DNA of 64,000 nt from the human T2T-CHM13v2.0 reference genome, Homo sapiens (GCF_009914755.1 NC_060939.1); one strand, 5' to 3'; positions 14,273 to 27,547 are shown, counted from the first letter of the stretch. A program made the numbers and translations. The notes: generated by a model not told the origin, from the sequence alone.

Positions 14273-16972
14273 GCAAAACACTTCTGATGAAGAAGAAGAA
14301 TCTTGGAGGACTCACATTACCCAATTTCAAGACTATTAAGCAATGAAGACTTAGTGAGACCAGCATCAAGATACACAAATAGATCAATGGAACAGAAGAG
14401 AGTTGAGAATAGACGTACATATAGTCAGACAATGAATTTTTGACAAAGGTATAAAGGCAATTCAGAAACAAAGGATAATCTTTTAAAGAAATGTCATCAA
14501 GAATTTTAAAAAAGAACAGAAAAACATGAACTTGGATCCACATTCTTGCACCACATACAAAATGAATGCAAGATAGATTTAGACCAAGATATAAATCCTA
14601 AAATTATAAAACTTCTCAAGGAAAACATAGAAGAAACACCTTTCTAACTTTGATTTAGATAAAGATTTCTCAGAAATGACACTGAAAGTATGGTTCATAA
14701 AGAGAAACAAATGATAATTTGTTTGATTTCATCAGAATAAAAAACTTCTGCTCTTTGCCTTTTTTTTTTTCATTAAGAGAATGAAAATCAAGCCGGGGAC
14801 ATTGGAAGGGTGCAAGTAAAGACCATGTCCTCATCATCTGATGACACCCCAGTCCCTGTCCACTGTGCTCTGTGGAGTCTTCTTCAACCAGCATCTTCCC
14901 TTTACCTCATAAAGGTCAAGGCATGGCCAATGTGCCAGTGGGCAGGACGAGCCCAGGCACTGCTCTGAGGTGGTTCCAGTCCAGAGCTGATCCTACTCAA
15001 GCCTGGGCTTGGCACTGATCTAACACCTGCATTGTCTCTGGCTGGATTTTCAACTGCTTTGTGACATACAGCCAGAATTGTAACATTCAAATTCTCTGAT
15101 TAACAGAATGAGTACTTAAATGTTAGATAGTTTTGTTTAAATAAAACTAAATTTCCTGTTCTGAAAGAAGCAAATCCAAATCCATTTAAAATAAATTGAT
15201 TGATTGATTTTTGCTACATCCAAGAGATGGCAGTGCTCTAGCTACTATTAACAGTATAGAGACAAATCCTTCAAAACCCAGAATGGATTACTCAGGTTAG
15301 TCTGGGCTGTTTTGTTGTTTTCATGTTCACTGCAGTTAGGTGAGCCTGGCCCATTGTTTACATCTCACCCCTGGGGTCCTGAGGATGGGGCAGCTTCGAG
15401 CTCAGAACTGCACACCTTCATATGTGTTCAGCCCGGAGGGCTCCCGAGGAGGGAAGGCACCATGCTTTGATGAACTTCCTCTTCCATTCCTTAAAGATAG
15501 CCTAGGCAGATTCCAGAAATTTCAGGACCTTGTCTTACTAGAAATCCACATTTTTTTAAAATAACAGTTATATCACAGTCTAACTGACATGCATTACCTG
15601 GCATATATTTAAAATGTATACTTTAATATTTTCATTTTTGTAATCACACACTATCACCACAATCGAGATGGAAAATGAATCTATTATTTCTAGAAGTTTC
15701 CTCCTACCTATCCCCAAACCACTTGTCCACAAGCAAGCACTGATCTCCTTTTTGTCACTATAAATTAGTTTGCATTTTCTAGAGTTTGAGGCAAATAAAA
15801 TCATATAGAATGTACTGCTTTTTGTTTAACTTCTTTCACTCAGATAAATATTCATTCTTGTTGTATCAACAGTTCTTTCTCTTTTAGTGAATGAACATAG
15901 CAAAATTTGTTTATCCATTTTTCTGTTGATGGAAATTTAGGTTGTTTCCAGTTTGAGGCTATTACAAATAAAGCTGCTATGAATATCTGTGTATACAGTC
16001 TTTGCACAAATATACGTTTTTTGTTCCCTTGGATATATAAGAGTGAAATGGATCATATGGTAGGTATATGTTTAAATCTTAAAGAGACTGCCAAACATCC
16101 CGAAGAATTAAACCATTTTACGTTTACATTTACATCTTTGACAACACTTGGTATCACCAATCTTTTACATTTTATCCATTCTAATTTCACAGTGTTATCT
16201 CATCTTGGTTTTAATTTGCATTTCTCTCCTGACTAATAATATTGAGCATTGCTTCTTTGTTACTCAGGTTATCTTCTTTGGTGAAGTGCCTTTTCCAGTC
16301 TTTTGCCCATGTTTTAATTGGGTATTTGTTTTCCTATTATTAAGTTTTGAAGGGTCTTTCTATATTCTGGATACAGCTACTTTATTAAATACATGCTGGG
16401 CAAACATTTTCTCCCAAGCTACAGCTTTTTATTCCCTCAACTGCATTTTGAAAAACAAACATTTTTATGTATATTAAGTCTCATTTATCATTTTTACTTT
16501 TATGAATTATGCTTTTGGTAACATGCCTAAGAACTCTTTACCTAACTAACCCAAGGTAAGGTAAATGGTATCCCATTCTCTTTAAAAAAAAAAAAAAGGG
16601 TTTATGCTTCTACATTTTGCATTTAGATGTGCTCCATTTTTAGTTTTTATAGAGAATGTGAAGTAGTTGAGGTTCTTTTTTTTTTTGGAATATGGATGTC
16701 CAGTTGTTCCAACATTTGCTGAAAGCAATGTTTTATTGCCTTTGATTGTTTTCAATATTTATAAAAAATATCAATTGACCATGATTGTATGACTCTCCTT
16801 CTGGACTGTATTCCATTCCACTGATGTAGGTATGAGTCTTCCAAATCATGAGCACAATACACCTATTCATTTATTTAGCAATTTGATTTCTTTCATTAGC
16901 ATGGTGTAGTTTCAGCATATACATGCTCTATTAGATTTATACATAAGTATTTTTGAAGTTTTTAAACATGGC

Positions 16973-17138
<166 letters not shown>

Positions 17139-17869
17139 TGACATTTTAAAAAAATTTCAGTTTTCAATTACCTTGTTAAACTCACTTTTTTTGGTTGTTC
17201 CAGGATCTTTTTGGCAGATTCTTTGTCATTCTCTATGTAAAGAATTATGTCACCTACAAATAGGGATTTCTTTTGTCCTTTCCAATCTGTCTTTTCTTTT
17301 TCCTTATTGTATTGCACAACGAGGATTTTCAGTACAATATTAAATAGAAACGGTCAGAGCAGACGTCCTTGCCTTGTTCCTGATCATAGGGAGTAAACAT
17401 TCATTTCCTTACCATTAAGTATAACATCTGCTCTACTGTTGTTTTTTTCCCATAGATGCCCTTTGTCGGGTTAAAGATGTTCTTTCCCTTCTACTTCCAG
17501 TTTGCTGCTGACAGTTTTTACCATTGGGTGGATGTTGAAATTGTCAATGCCTGTTCTGTGTCAACTAATATGATCAAGTGGTTTTGCTTCTTTGATCTGT
17601 TAATATGATGGCTTTTACTGATCGATTTCTAGATATCAAATTGGCCTTGTGTTCCTGAAATTAACCCCAGTTGGTCATAATGTATTAATTTTTTTAATAC
17701 ATTGCTGTACTTGATATGCTATTTTCTTGTGTATTTTTGTGCCTGTGTTTATGGGGGATAGTCGAGTATAGTTCTCTTTAATCATCTTTCTTTAAGTTTG
17801 ATATCAGACATAAAAAGAATTGGGAAGTGTTTCCTTTTCCACTTACTGGAAAATAAATATAGATTTTCT

Positions 17870-18208
17870 GTTCTTTTTGATTTTTTATTTTGTGTGTGTG
17901 TGTGTGTGTGTTTGGTTGTTTGTTTGTTGAGACAGGGACTCACTCTGTCATCAAGGCTGGAGTGTAGTGTCATGATCTTGGCTCACCGCAACCTCCACCT
18001 CCTGGGCTCAAGTGAGCCTTTCACCTCAGCTTCCCGAGCAGCTGGGACCACAGGCACGCACCACCAGGCCTGGCTAATTTTTGTACTTTATGCAGAGACA
18101 GGATTTCACCATGATGTCCAGGCTGGACTTGCACTCGTAGGCTCAAGCAATCGCCTGCCTCAGCCTCCCAAAATGCTAGGTTAATAGATGTGAGCACCAC
18201 ACCTGGCC
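17870..18208 (-). mobile_element. AluJb-like, with a (TG)n/(TTTG)n-derived tail
   Basis: Antisense Alu dimer with J-type features (ggctcaagcaatc). Confidence 0.92.
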
Positions 18209-18435
18209 TATTATTTCTTTTTTAAATGTTTGATGTAATTCACTAATAAAAATGCACAGACCCGGGATTTTTTTCTTAAGGTCTTTAATTATGAATTCAA
18301 TTTATTGAGCAGATATAAAACTAGACAGTTTGTTGGTCTTTTTATGAATGAGTTTTGATAGTTTTCAGCTTCTAAATAATTATCAAATATATGTACACAG
18401 TGCTTTTGTATTTCCCTATTGTCTGCATTAATAAA

Positions 18436-18624
18436 TAATCATCCTTCTTTAATTTTGATATCAGACATAAAATGAATTGGGAAGTGTTTTTCATTTACTG
18501 AAAACAGATATAGAATTTTTGTTATTTCTTTTTTCTTTTTATTTTCTGTTGTTTGTGTTGTTTGTTTGTCTTTGTTTGTTGAGACAGGATGTCACTCTGT
18601 CATCCTGGCTGGAGTGCAGTGGCA
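18436..18624 (+). repeat. Direct local duplicate of 17779-17972 (L1 segment plus the Alu tail junction)
   Basis: Both copies read taatcatc.ttctttaa.tttgatatcagacataaaa.gaattgggaagtgttt ... tttgtttgttgagacagg...tcactctgtcatc..ggctggagtg.agtg.ca. Confidence 0.9.
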
Positions 18625-19235
18625 AATTGTTTAATAAACAATGAAGACAATAGTAAGGGATACTAATAATATTTCTTGTTATCTATGGAGATTAGAGTGA
18701 TATCCTTGCTGATACTGGTAATTTTTTTCTCTTTTTGAGGTTTATCAATTGTTTTGATCTTTTTAAAGAAATTGCTTTTAATAATTTTTATATTTATTTT
18801 ATTCTAGGTTCATAGATTTCTGTTTTATCTCTAGTACTCCTTCTGCTTACATTGGGTTTCTTTTGTTCTTTTTTCCTCCTTATTTCTTATGGTGAAAATT
18901 TTGTTGATTTGAGTTTTTTCTTCTTTATCAATAAGCATTTAACGCTATAAACTCCCCTCTAAACACTGTAATAGGTGCATTCTACAAATGTTGATATGTT
19001 ATATTTTCACTTTCATTTGGATCAAAATAATTACTAACTTCCTTTGACTTGTAAATTTTTTAAAGTATGTTGTTTAATTTTAGAGTATAGGGAAATTTTC
19101 CAAATTTCTTACTGTTATCCATAGCTATTTAATTCCGCTATGGTCAGAAAACATACTTTGTAGGATTTCAATTATTTTAAAATTGTTTGTTTTATGATAT
19201 GGGTTATGCAGTATCCTAAAATGTGTTCCCTGAAC

Positions 19236-19418
19236 TTTTGAAAGGAATATGTGTTCTGCAGTTGGATGGGGTTTTCCCATGTTTTGAAAGGAATATGTGT
19301 GCTGCAGTTGGATGGGGTTTTCCCATGTTTTGAAAGGAATATGTGTGCTGCAGTTGGATGGGGTTTTCCCATGTTTTGAAAGGAATATGTGTGCTGCAGT
19401 TGGATGGGGTCCCATGTT
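19236..19418. repeat. 46-bp minisatellite, about 4 near-identical copies
   Basis: Unit ttttgaaaggaatatgtgtgctgcagttggatggggttttcccatg starts at 19236, 19282, 19328 and 19374. Confidence 0.97.
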
Positions 19419-20409
19419 CATGGGACCCAGTTGATTGATGGTATCATTTAGTTTCTCTACAAGCTTACTGATTTTGTAATTACTGATTGAGGAGAGGTGA
19501 AGTGTCCCGATTATAATTGTGGATTTGTCTATTTCACCTTTCAGCTCTACCTTCATGTTTCTGACCTGTTGTTAGGTGCATACACTTCTAGAATTTTTGT
19601 GTCTTCCTGGTAAATTTACCTTTTTATCATTATGCAATGACCACCTTTATCCCTGGTAATTTTCCTAGCTCTGAAATTCACTTTATCTGACGTTATTGTA
19701 GAGATTATTATGGAGATAGAAAAATTACTTATTCCATATTTTATTCTGCAAATAGATCTGCCTTGGTTCTATATGCTTTTTAGTGATCTACATATCCATA
19801 AGCTAAGAGAAGGTCAAGCCCTGTCTGAAGCAAATACGCAACCTTTAAGATTAATATTTAGGGAATTCAGTCACTTCAGTCAAAACATCAATGGACATTC
19901 ACTTGGTTTAACAAATCTAACATCCTGGATGCTTTGGACACACCGCAAACACACTTTAGCATGTAGTGACACTGATTTAAATTCCTCAGGAAATCAAACA
20001 AAAATGAATGAAAATCCTGGCGTGTACGTTACATTTCCCACTAACCTACTCTTCAGTTCTCCTTTGAGATCTTGTCTTATAAACCCGTTCTTGTTATCAC
20101 TGCTCAGTAAACCCAGGAGACTGTGCGATAGGTGTTTTCATCAAATGTGACCTCAGCTTTGGTTCTTCTTGGTCCCACCAACTCAGGTGGGACTTCTTGG
20201 CTCTTGTGAACGGCAGCCTGAAGGTGTATGTGTGGGAAAAGCATGGAAAGGTCTCAGCCTTCTCTGGGAGGGCTTGTGCTTTGAGCGCCATGCTGCACTG
20301 CTGTTCTGCTTTGCAAGAGAGCTCCGACACAGGATGTGTGTGCAGGGGACCAGCTCTCCTGGCAGTAGCTCCCCCTTGCCCTATTCCACTCGGCAGGGCC
20401 ATTAAGGTC

Positions 20410-21400
20410 CTGGGACGCAGCCAGCCTAAAGCTGCAGGCCGTTTGGTTGCAACGCGGAGGTAAATGATTCCTTATGTCAATAAAAGTCACGGTAAGGTCT
20501 TTCAATGATTAAGTTGTCCCGTCGGGCTTAATCATTGAATTAGAGCAATGGCTCTAAGCCGTCGGCATAGCGATCCCCGTGGGGTCCTCAGAATAATCTC
20601 CCGAGCTAGGCTTTACTTTAGTCCGTTTCACTGATACGAAAACAGAGGCAGGGATGAGTGAAACAGCCTATTCTGGGAGCTGGTGGCCTCCGGGTCGCAG
20701 GTGGCGCTGCGGCGGGTCGGGGCTTTTCGGAGGCCCCAGCGTGTGTGGGGTGCCAGGCACCTGCTGCTCCACCTTGTCACCCAGGGACTTACTTTTCTGG
20801 CTCCATTTCCTCCTGGTATTATTTTTTATTTAAGAAAGCCCTGGCTGCCTCACCCCACCCTGTAAACAAGCTCCCGTCCCTTCCTCCCGGCAGTCTTGTT
20901 ATTGCAAAGCCCCCAAAGAGCTTTCTGCAACACAGTGCAGGCACTTCGGCACAGGCCCGTACCTTTCCTGGCAGGGCCCCACCGCCCCTCGTACCCGCTT
21001 CCTCCCTGGGGCTCACGTGCACTTCCCCACAACCCCCACTCCACTCCGATCATGCCGAGCCCCTCCTGCCCCTCCTTCCCCTCCTTGGTCTCTGCTCAGG
21101 AGTCCCCTTTCTCTGAGGTCTTCCCAAACCGCTTCATTCAAAATTGCAACCGCTTATCTGTCTCCACCACACTCTTAGTGTGCCCAGTGCCTAGAAGGAT
21201 GCCAGGTGCAGCGGGCACACGGTGGTCGCTCCTTAAGCGGTGCTCCTTAGGCGGTAGCTGAAGCCCGGGCCCCAGGCTGGGAGCCGCGGAGCGCTCAGAT
21301 CTCACCCGCACCTGGGTCCCTGGCATGCACCCACCTGACTCTGTGGTCACAGCCCTGTTTGCCAAATCAAATAGTTCCTTCAGGACTCAGAAACCGGGCC
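20410..21400. promoter_or_regulatory. CpG-island-like GC-rich segment (candidate promoter or enhancer)
   Basis: Roughly 40-45 CpGs in about 1 kb by eye, several-fold above the flanks. It includes a GC-box-like accgcccc and decayed MIR/L2-like text that keeps its CpGs. Confidence 0.55.
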
Positions 21401-21735
21401 CTGTGGCTTGCCCCTATGAATCTCTTCCTTCTGATATGTTTGGTTCATCTGATTGCAAATCCTAATGATTTTCTAGATCTTACGTTATTATTTCAGTAAT
21501 TCCCAGATGAGGTTTTGTTTGCTAGAACTCATTTCCCAAATATCTGGAACATATATGAAGAACAACCTTCCACTGGGACGGGAGTCACAGGTCAAAGGCT
21601 TGAAAACACAGTGAGGATTATTTTCAGTCCCTCAAGTGTATAGACACTTTTAAAGATTAACTGATCACTTTGTAGGAATTATAGGAACACATTTGAAATT
21701 AGAAGAAATGGCACATTTAGGGAGCGAGGTAAATG

Positions 21736-22176
21736 AGGTAACAAATAAAGTTTGTGAGAGGCCATTGTTTTGACTATCCTCCTGCATTAGGCCCCCTGCA
21801 GACCAGACCAAACCAGAATGGAGTCCACTCATGCTAAGCGCCACACAATTAAACTGAATTTAGAAATGGGCCAGTTTTCCAAAAAACAGGAGAGTCCCAG
21901 CAACCCATCAAAAGACTCCCAGTCAACAGGAGCAAGCCTGACAAGGAATTTCCTCTGCTTTAACCCATACCAGGAAAGCCACTTTAAAATGAAAAATCTG
22001 CTTTTTCTTCCTTGTTTCTGCTTTCTTCGATCTTTTCTGTCTATGAAGCCCACCCGCTGTGCTCAGCTTCGAGAACCCCTTTCTGTTTCATACAGGAGTT
22101 GCTGCCTGGTCCATGAAACCACTCATAAAAGCCAATTAGATCTTCAAAGTCAATTTGTTGAAATGTTATTTGACAC
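21736..22176 (+). mobile_element. ERV1-class solo LTR (MER57F-like group)
   Basis: gaggccattgttttg...cagaccagaccaaaccagaatggagtc...; 3' ataaaagccaattagatctt...tttgttgaaa...gaca end. Confidence 0.75.
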
Positions 22177-23644
22177 CAACTACAGTGACTCTAGGGAACT
22201 TTCCCACATCCTCATCTGTTATACTTGTAGAATAATTGGCCCTTATTAATAAAGGCAATGCTTACAGAAGAGGGTTGAGGGAATTGTCTGGGTAATGAAA
22301 ATAAAGCAACCTGTTTTTTATGCTAAAAGAAGTTGCTTTGGGCACTCAGCCTCATTCAGGATCTGTTTTTCAGCCCCTCAGTATCCCAGAGTTTATTGGG
22401 TCCAGAAAAATTATTTCACTATAACCAACCTCCTAAGGGTCTAAATGAAAAACACTAGACCACTAATACATTGATTTCCAGTGAGATTATTGTACTTTAG
22501 TGACCAAAATACCTTCGTCCATGATTCAAGTCACCTCCCTCTTGCCTTGTTACATTTGGAAGGCCAGGTGAGCCGAGAGACTTTTGAAGCTACGACCAGA
22601 GCAATGGGAGCAAAGTTTTGAAGGTCCTTCTGTCCACTCATGGTCAACCTGGAGCAGTGGCCCCAGCACAGTCCTGAGAGAGTTCGGTGGGGGCTGCCTG
22701 CAGGACACATAAGGAAAAGGGTGGACGAGGGGCTGCCCCAGCACAGACCATCTCTTGTGTACTTGCCAGGCCTGACCTGAGCTCTCCGTCTTCTTTATGT
22801 CCATGGAGCATTTCTCTGGGTGGTCTCACACAATCGTTTAGCACTCTGTTTTCCAGATTACCATCATATTCCAGGCCTAAGTCACTGATGTTAAGTGCCT
22901 GTTACCTCCATTAAAGTTTGGGTTACTGAAGTTTCCAGTCCCACCATCTTTCTGGAAAGGAGAAGATCATGGAGATGGTACTGAAGGCATCAGAGACACG
23001 CACAATGGATGGAAGGTGGTGAGAGGAGTCACTGCAAGAAGCAAAGGCTCTGATATGAAGCCCTCAGAATTTGCCTGAGGACCAAAGAAAAGCCACTCAG
23101 AATGGTTGTTTGTTCCCACTGTCTCTCAACCAACAATGTGACCTCCAAAGGCTGTGTCAATCTGTAGTTAGCAAAAATGAATAGGATGTACTCAGAGGAC
23201 ACTTCCTCTCAAACTAATGCTCTGTTTATTTAACCAAAGTTCAATTAGCTGGGCCTACTGGCATGTTGACATGATTGCTGAGAGACTAACAAAATAGAAC
23301 CTCACTGCTGGGCTTATTTTCCTCCAAGCCACACTGTGATTATAAACATCTTTTTGACACTCTATAGATCCCTTAACAACAAAAAAAACTTGATTAAAAT
23401 ATTTGACCGAAAGTTTTAATTAGTGATTCAATTAATGATTTGCTGATCATTAATAATAAATGGGTTATAGACCTTAGAATAAAAAGTATGTCACATGTTT
23501 ATCTCATATGTCTATATGTCTGTCTCAAGCTAATAACTCACAAAATGCCTGCCGATTGTTAGGAACTTGCAAGATTTAATTATGGTTGAATTATGTTTCT
23601 TAATCACACAGTTAGTGTATGTAGTCATATGTCATACAACTTTC

Positions 23645-23980
<336 letters not shown>

Positions 23981-24264
23981 TGTCATACAACTTTCAAATG
24001 AAGTAATAAGCCAATGAGCAAATTCATTATTTGTTATCCTGTGCTTAATATTAGTTTTGTCAATTTCAGTTTTTATAAATACATTGACTTTTAAGCATCT
24101 GAGATTTGATTTGTGTTTTGGTGATTTAATCGTGATATAAAGAATTATTAAAGAAAAATTTGAATATGACTTTTACTTCACAGGATTATTTTGATCATAA
24201 TTCACGTGTAAGATGCAATCCACTATTAGTGTAATAAATACAATCAACCACTCAGATCAGTCTA

Positions 24265-25260
24265 TGTGATACATGATATCAACAGAATGAAAGACAAATA
24301 CCAAAAGATCATTTATTTCAATTGATGCTGAAAAAGCATTTGATAAAGTTCAACATCCCTTCATGACAAAAACCCTCAAAAAACTGGGTATAGAAGAAAC
24401 ATACCTCAACATAATAAAAGCCATATATGACAGACCCACAGCTAGTATCATACAGAGTGGGGGAAAACTAAAAGCCTTTTTCCTCTTAGATCTGGAACAT
24501 GAGAAAGATGCCAGCTTTCACTGATGTTATTCAACATAGTACTGGAAGTCTTAGAGCAATCAGACAAGAGAAAGAAAGACCATTCAAATTGGAAAGAAGT
24601 CAAATTATCCATGTTTACAGATGATATAATCTTATATTTGAAAAAACCTAAAGATTCCACCAAAAAGCTATTAGAACTAATAAACAAATTCAGTAAAGTT
24701 GCAAGATACAAAATCAACATACAAAAATCGGTAGTAGCATTTCTATATGCTACAATGAACAATAGGAAAAAGAAATAAAAAAGTAATCCCATTTATAGTA
24801 GCCAAAAATAAAATTAAATACCTAAAAATTAACTTAACTAAAGAAGTGAAAGTTCTCCACAATGAAAACTATAAAACACTGATGAAAGAAATTGCAGAGG
24901 ATACAAAGAATGGAAAGGTATTCCATGTTCATGGATTAGGAGAATCAATTTTGTTAAAATGTCCCTTCTGCACAAACCAATCTACAGATTCAATACAATC
25001 CCTATCAAAATACCAATGACATTCTTCACAGAAATGGAAAAAACAATCCTTAAATTTATATGGACCGATAAAAGACCCAGAATAGCCAAAGCTATCCTGA
25101 GCAAAAGGAACAAAACTGGAGGAATCACATTACCTGACTTCAAATTATACTAGAGTTATAGTAACCAAAAGAGCACGGTACTGGCATAAAAAACAAACAC
25201 ATAGACAAATGGAACAGAATACAAAACCCAGAAACAAACCCAGACGACTAGAGTGAACTC
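24265..25260 (+). mobile_element. L1 (L1PB/L1MA) ORF2 reverse-transcriptase fragment, frameshifted
   Basis: ORFs 24524..24778 (LFNIVLEVL...KEVKLSMFTDDIILYLKKPKDS, a degenerate FADD motif) and 24959..25153 ([28 protein letters not shown]) are L1 ORF2p sequence. Confidence 0.93.
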
Positions 25261-26800
25261 AGAACCTGAGCTGCCACTTCCTCTCCATGACCCCATAATA
25301 CAGGAAGCTCCTCTTTTGTCAGATTTCCAGACATGTGATGAGGTCTAGCAGGGACTTGCCAAGTGTTCTCCATACCCGTCTCATTATTCTAGGCACAGAG
25401 CTTGTAAGAGGGGTGGTTATGTGGCCACAGGAACACGAACAGAATTGCTGTCCATCCAGGCCCATAGACACTTCTCGTGTGCCATATTTCATTCCCTTCC
25501 CACATGCAGGCAACATCAGGTAACAGGAGAGGACAGAGCCTCAGACAAGGAAGCTGAGTGCCAAAAACTACCCTGTAATAGTCCACACTGAATGCAGCAT
25601 TTAAGCAAGAAATAAGCCCAGTCATGTCAGGTCATTGAGGCCAAGGGCTTTATCTACTAGAGTTGTTAGCATTACTAAGTCATACTAGGGTTTTACTCTG
25701 CTTACCAGGATATGGTCCACAGCGAGACCCTCCCCAACATCTTCCCAACTCTGTTTTTCCTCTCAAGCTTGGGGGTAACCTCATTGGTCTAGGGATAAGG
25801 TAAATGGAAGGTTAAGATGGGGACAGAGCTGGTTCTCTCAGAATTCATCTGTTTTTAAATCTTATATTGATCCTAGAAGCACACAGAATGTGATGTCTTT
25901 GCTGTTTGCATCAATCTGACAATTATTCTCAGGACTAAATGGCAGCTTTAAATCTCAAGACTAGAATCAAGCATCTTCATAAGGGAAAGCAGACTATGCC
26001 TCGCATTAGGATCAGCCACACATACTCCAAGTAAGCATTCTTAGAAGCAGTAGTGGTGGCACAGCACGTAACAACTAACATAGTCACAGAAGCAAGGATA
26101 CAGAAATGGAACTTCAGTTTGGCAAAACTGTGATGATTGCATGACTCCAGGCCTGCAGCCGCCTAGGGCGGGAGTATAACCCTCATGATTGCCAGGTGAA
26201 CTCAGTAACAATGTAAGGATGTACTGGTTAATTTCAGTTTAAGCACAGTCTCAAAGTGACCCTTGGCCCTCTGGATGTTCTCCCACCCACATTACCCCGA
26301 CGTCGATTCTACACTTCTTGTCCTTATGTAACTGTGGCCACATGTGGGACTCTTCTCCTTGGTTCCAAGGTGACTCATGCACAGTTTTACTGATGTTATC
26401 TTGTCTGGTCATGGCCAGACTATGTGGGGCCCTCTTCACACCAGCAGCAGCCAGTGCACAGTGGTCCGCACTCACCTCCAGCATTGGGGGTGCAGGAACC
26501 TGGAGCTCATCCTCACCCCTCCCAGTGCAGACCTTTCATCGCATGTTTTTGTAACAGAAGCCCTTCATCATGGCCTCAGTGCCCCAGCTCTCTTTGTGTC
26601 CCACTGAAGTCCAGATCTTACCTGGGGCCCTTCTTGACTCTATAAACCAAAGGGGAGCTGAGGTCATGACCTTTCACGCAGCCATATTTATGTCCTCCAG
26701 ACTCTGTAGTGATGGGACATAGGCCACTAATGCCTTCTGAAATTCAAAGTAGAAAAGGGGCAATTCCAACCCTCTCTTGGGTTCCAAAGTTCCCCTTTCC

Positions 26801-27547
26801 TATCTTAGTTAGATTTCTCCAGAGAACAGAATCAATAGGATATACAGTCTTCTCTTGGTATCTGCAGGGGATTGGTTCCAGGACCCACCTCATAGATACA
26901 AAAATCTATGCATACTCTAGTCCCATGGTCAGCCCTGGAGAACCCACATACATAAAATCAGCCCTCCATATACTCAAGTTTGCATCCCAAGAAGTGCGGT
27001 ATTTTCAATCCACATTTGCTTGTAAATGCAGAGCCTGTGGATACAGAGGGCTGACTACATTCATTGAAAGCAATCTTTGTATAAGTGCAGTTCAAACCCC
27101 ACGTTGTTCGAGGGTCAACTGTATATAAATATACAAAAGGAGACTTATTATGAGAGTGGGTTCACACAGTTAGGAAAGCTGAGAAGTCCCACACTCTGCC
27201 ATCTGCAGGCTGGAGAACGAGGAGAGCTGGTAGTGTAATTCAGTTTTAAGTCCAAAGGCCTGAGAATCAGGGGTGCTGAGGGCCAAAGGCAGAAGATGGA
27301 TGTCCTAGCTCAAGACAGAAAGAGCAAATTCACTCTTCCTCTGCCTTTTTGTTCTACTGGAGCCCTCAGTGGACTGCATGATGCCCGCCCACACTGGTGA
27401 GGGTGATTTTTTCTTTACTCAGTCCACCAATTCAGTTGCTAACCTCCTGCAGAAACAGCCTCATAGACACTCCTTGAAAGAATATTTTACCAACTATCTG
27501 GGCATCCCTTAGTCTCATCAACTAGTCACATGAAATTAACCATCACA
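26801..27547 (-). mobile_element. MLT2-family (ERVL) solo LTR, interrupted by MER2B
   Basis: Ends aaattaaccatcaca (reverse of the TGTGATGGTTAAT start); begins ttagttagatttctccagagaacagaatcaatagga. Confidence 0.88.
26845..27121 (-). mobile_element. MER2B (TcMar-Tigger)
   Basis: Termini cagtc... and ...gttcgagggtcaactg, flanked by TA dinucleotides; internal gggattggttccaggaccc. Confidence 0.85.

Noticed and set aside
19125-19556. 143-aa ORF with internal repeats; array superficially CRISPR-like
   Set aside because: It is a decayed L1 endonuclease frame extended by the 46-bp minisatellite. The units are contiguous with no unique spacers, there are no cas genes, and the DNA is human.
20691-20709. 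CTCF-like GTCGCAGGTGGCGCT
   Set aside because: It mismatches the strongly conserved 5' C positions of the core and is weaker than the 35931 site.
20658-21365. ORFs of 60-152 aa in the GC-rich segment
   Set aside because: Expected by chance at high GC; they occur on both strands, are Pro/Ala/Gly-rich and show no homology I recognise.
24448-25153. Reverse-transcriptase-like ORFs as an active or domesticated gene
   Set aside because: Short, frameshifted L1 ORF2 fragments with a degenerate catalytic motif (FTDD).
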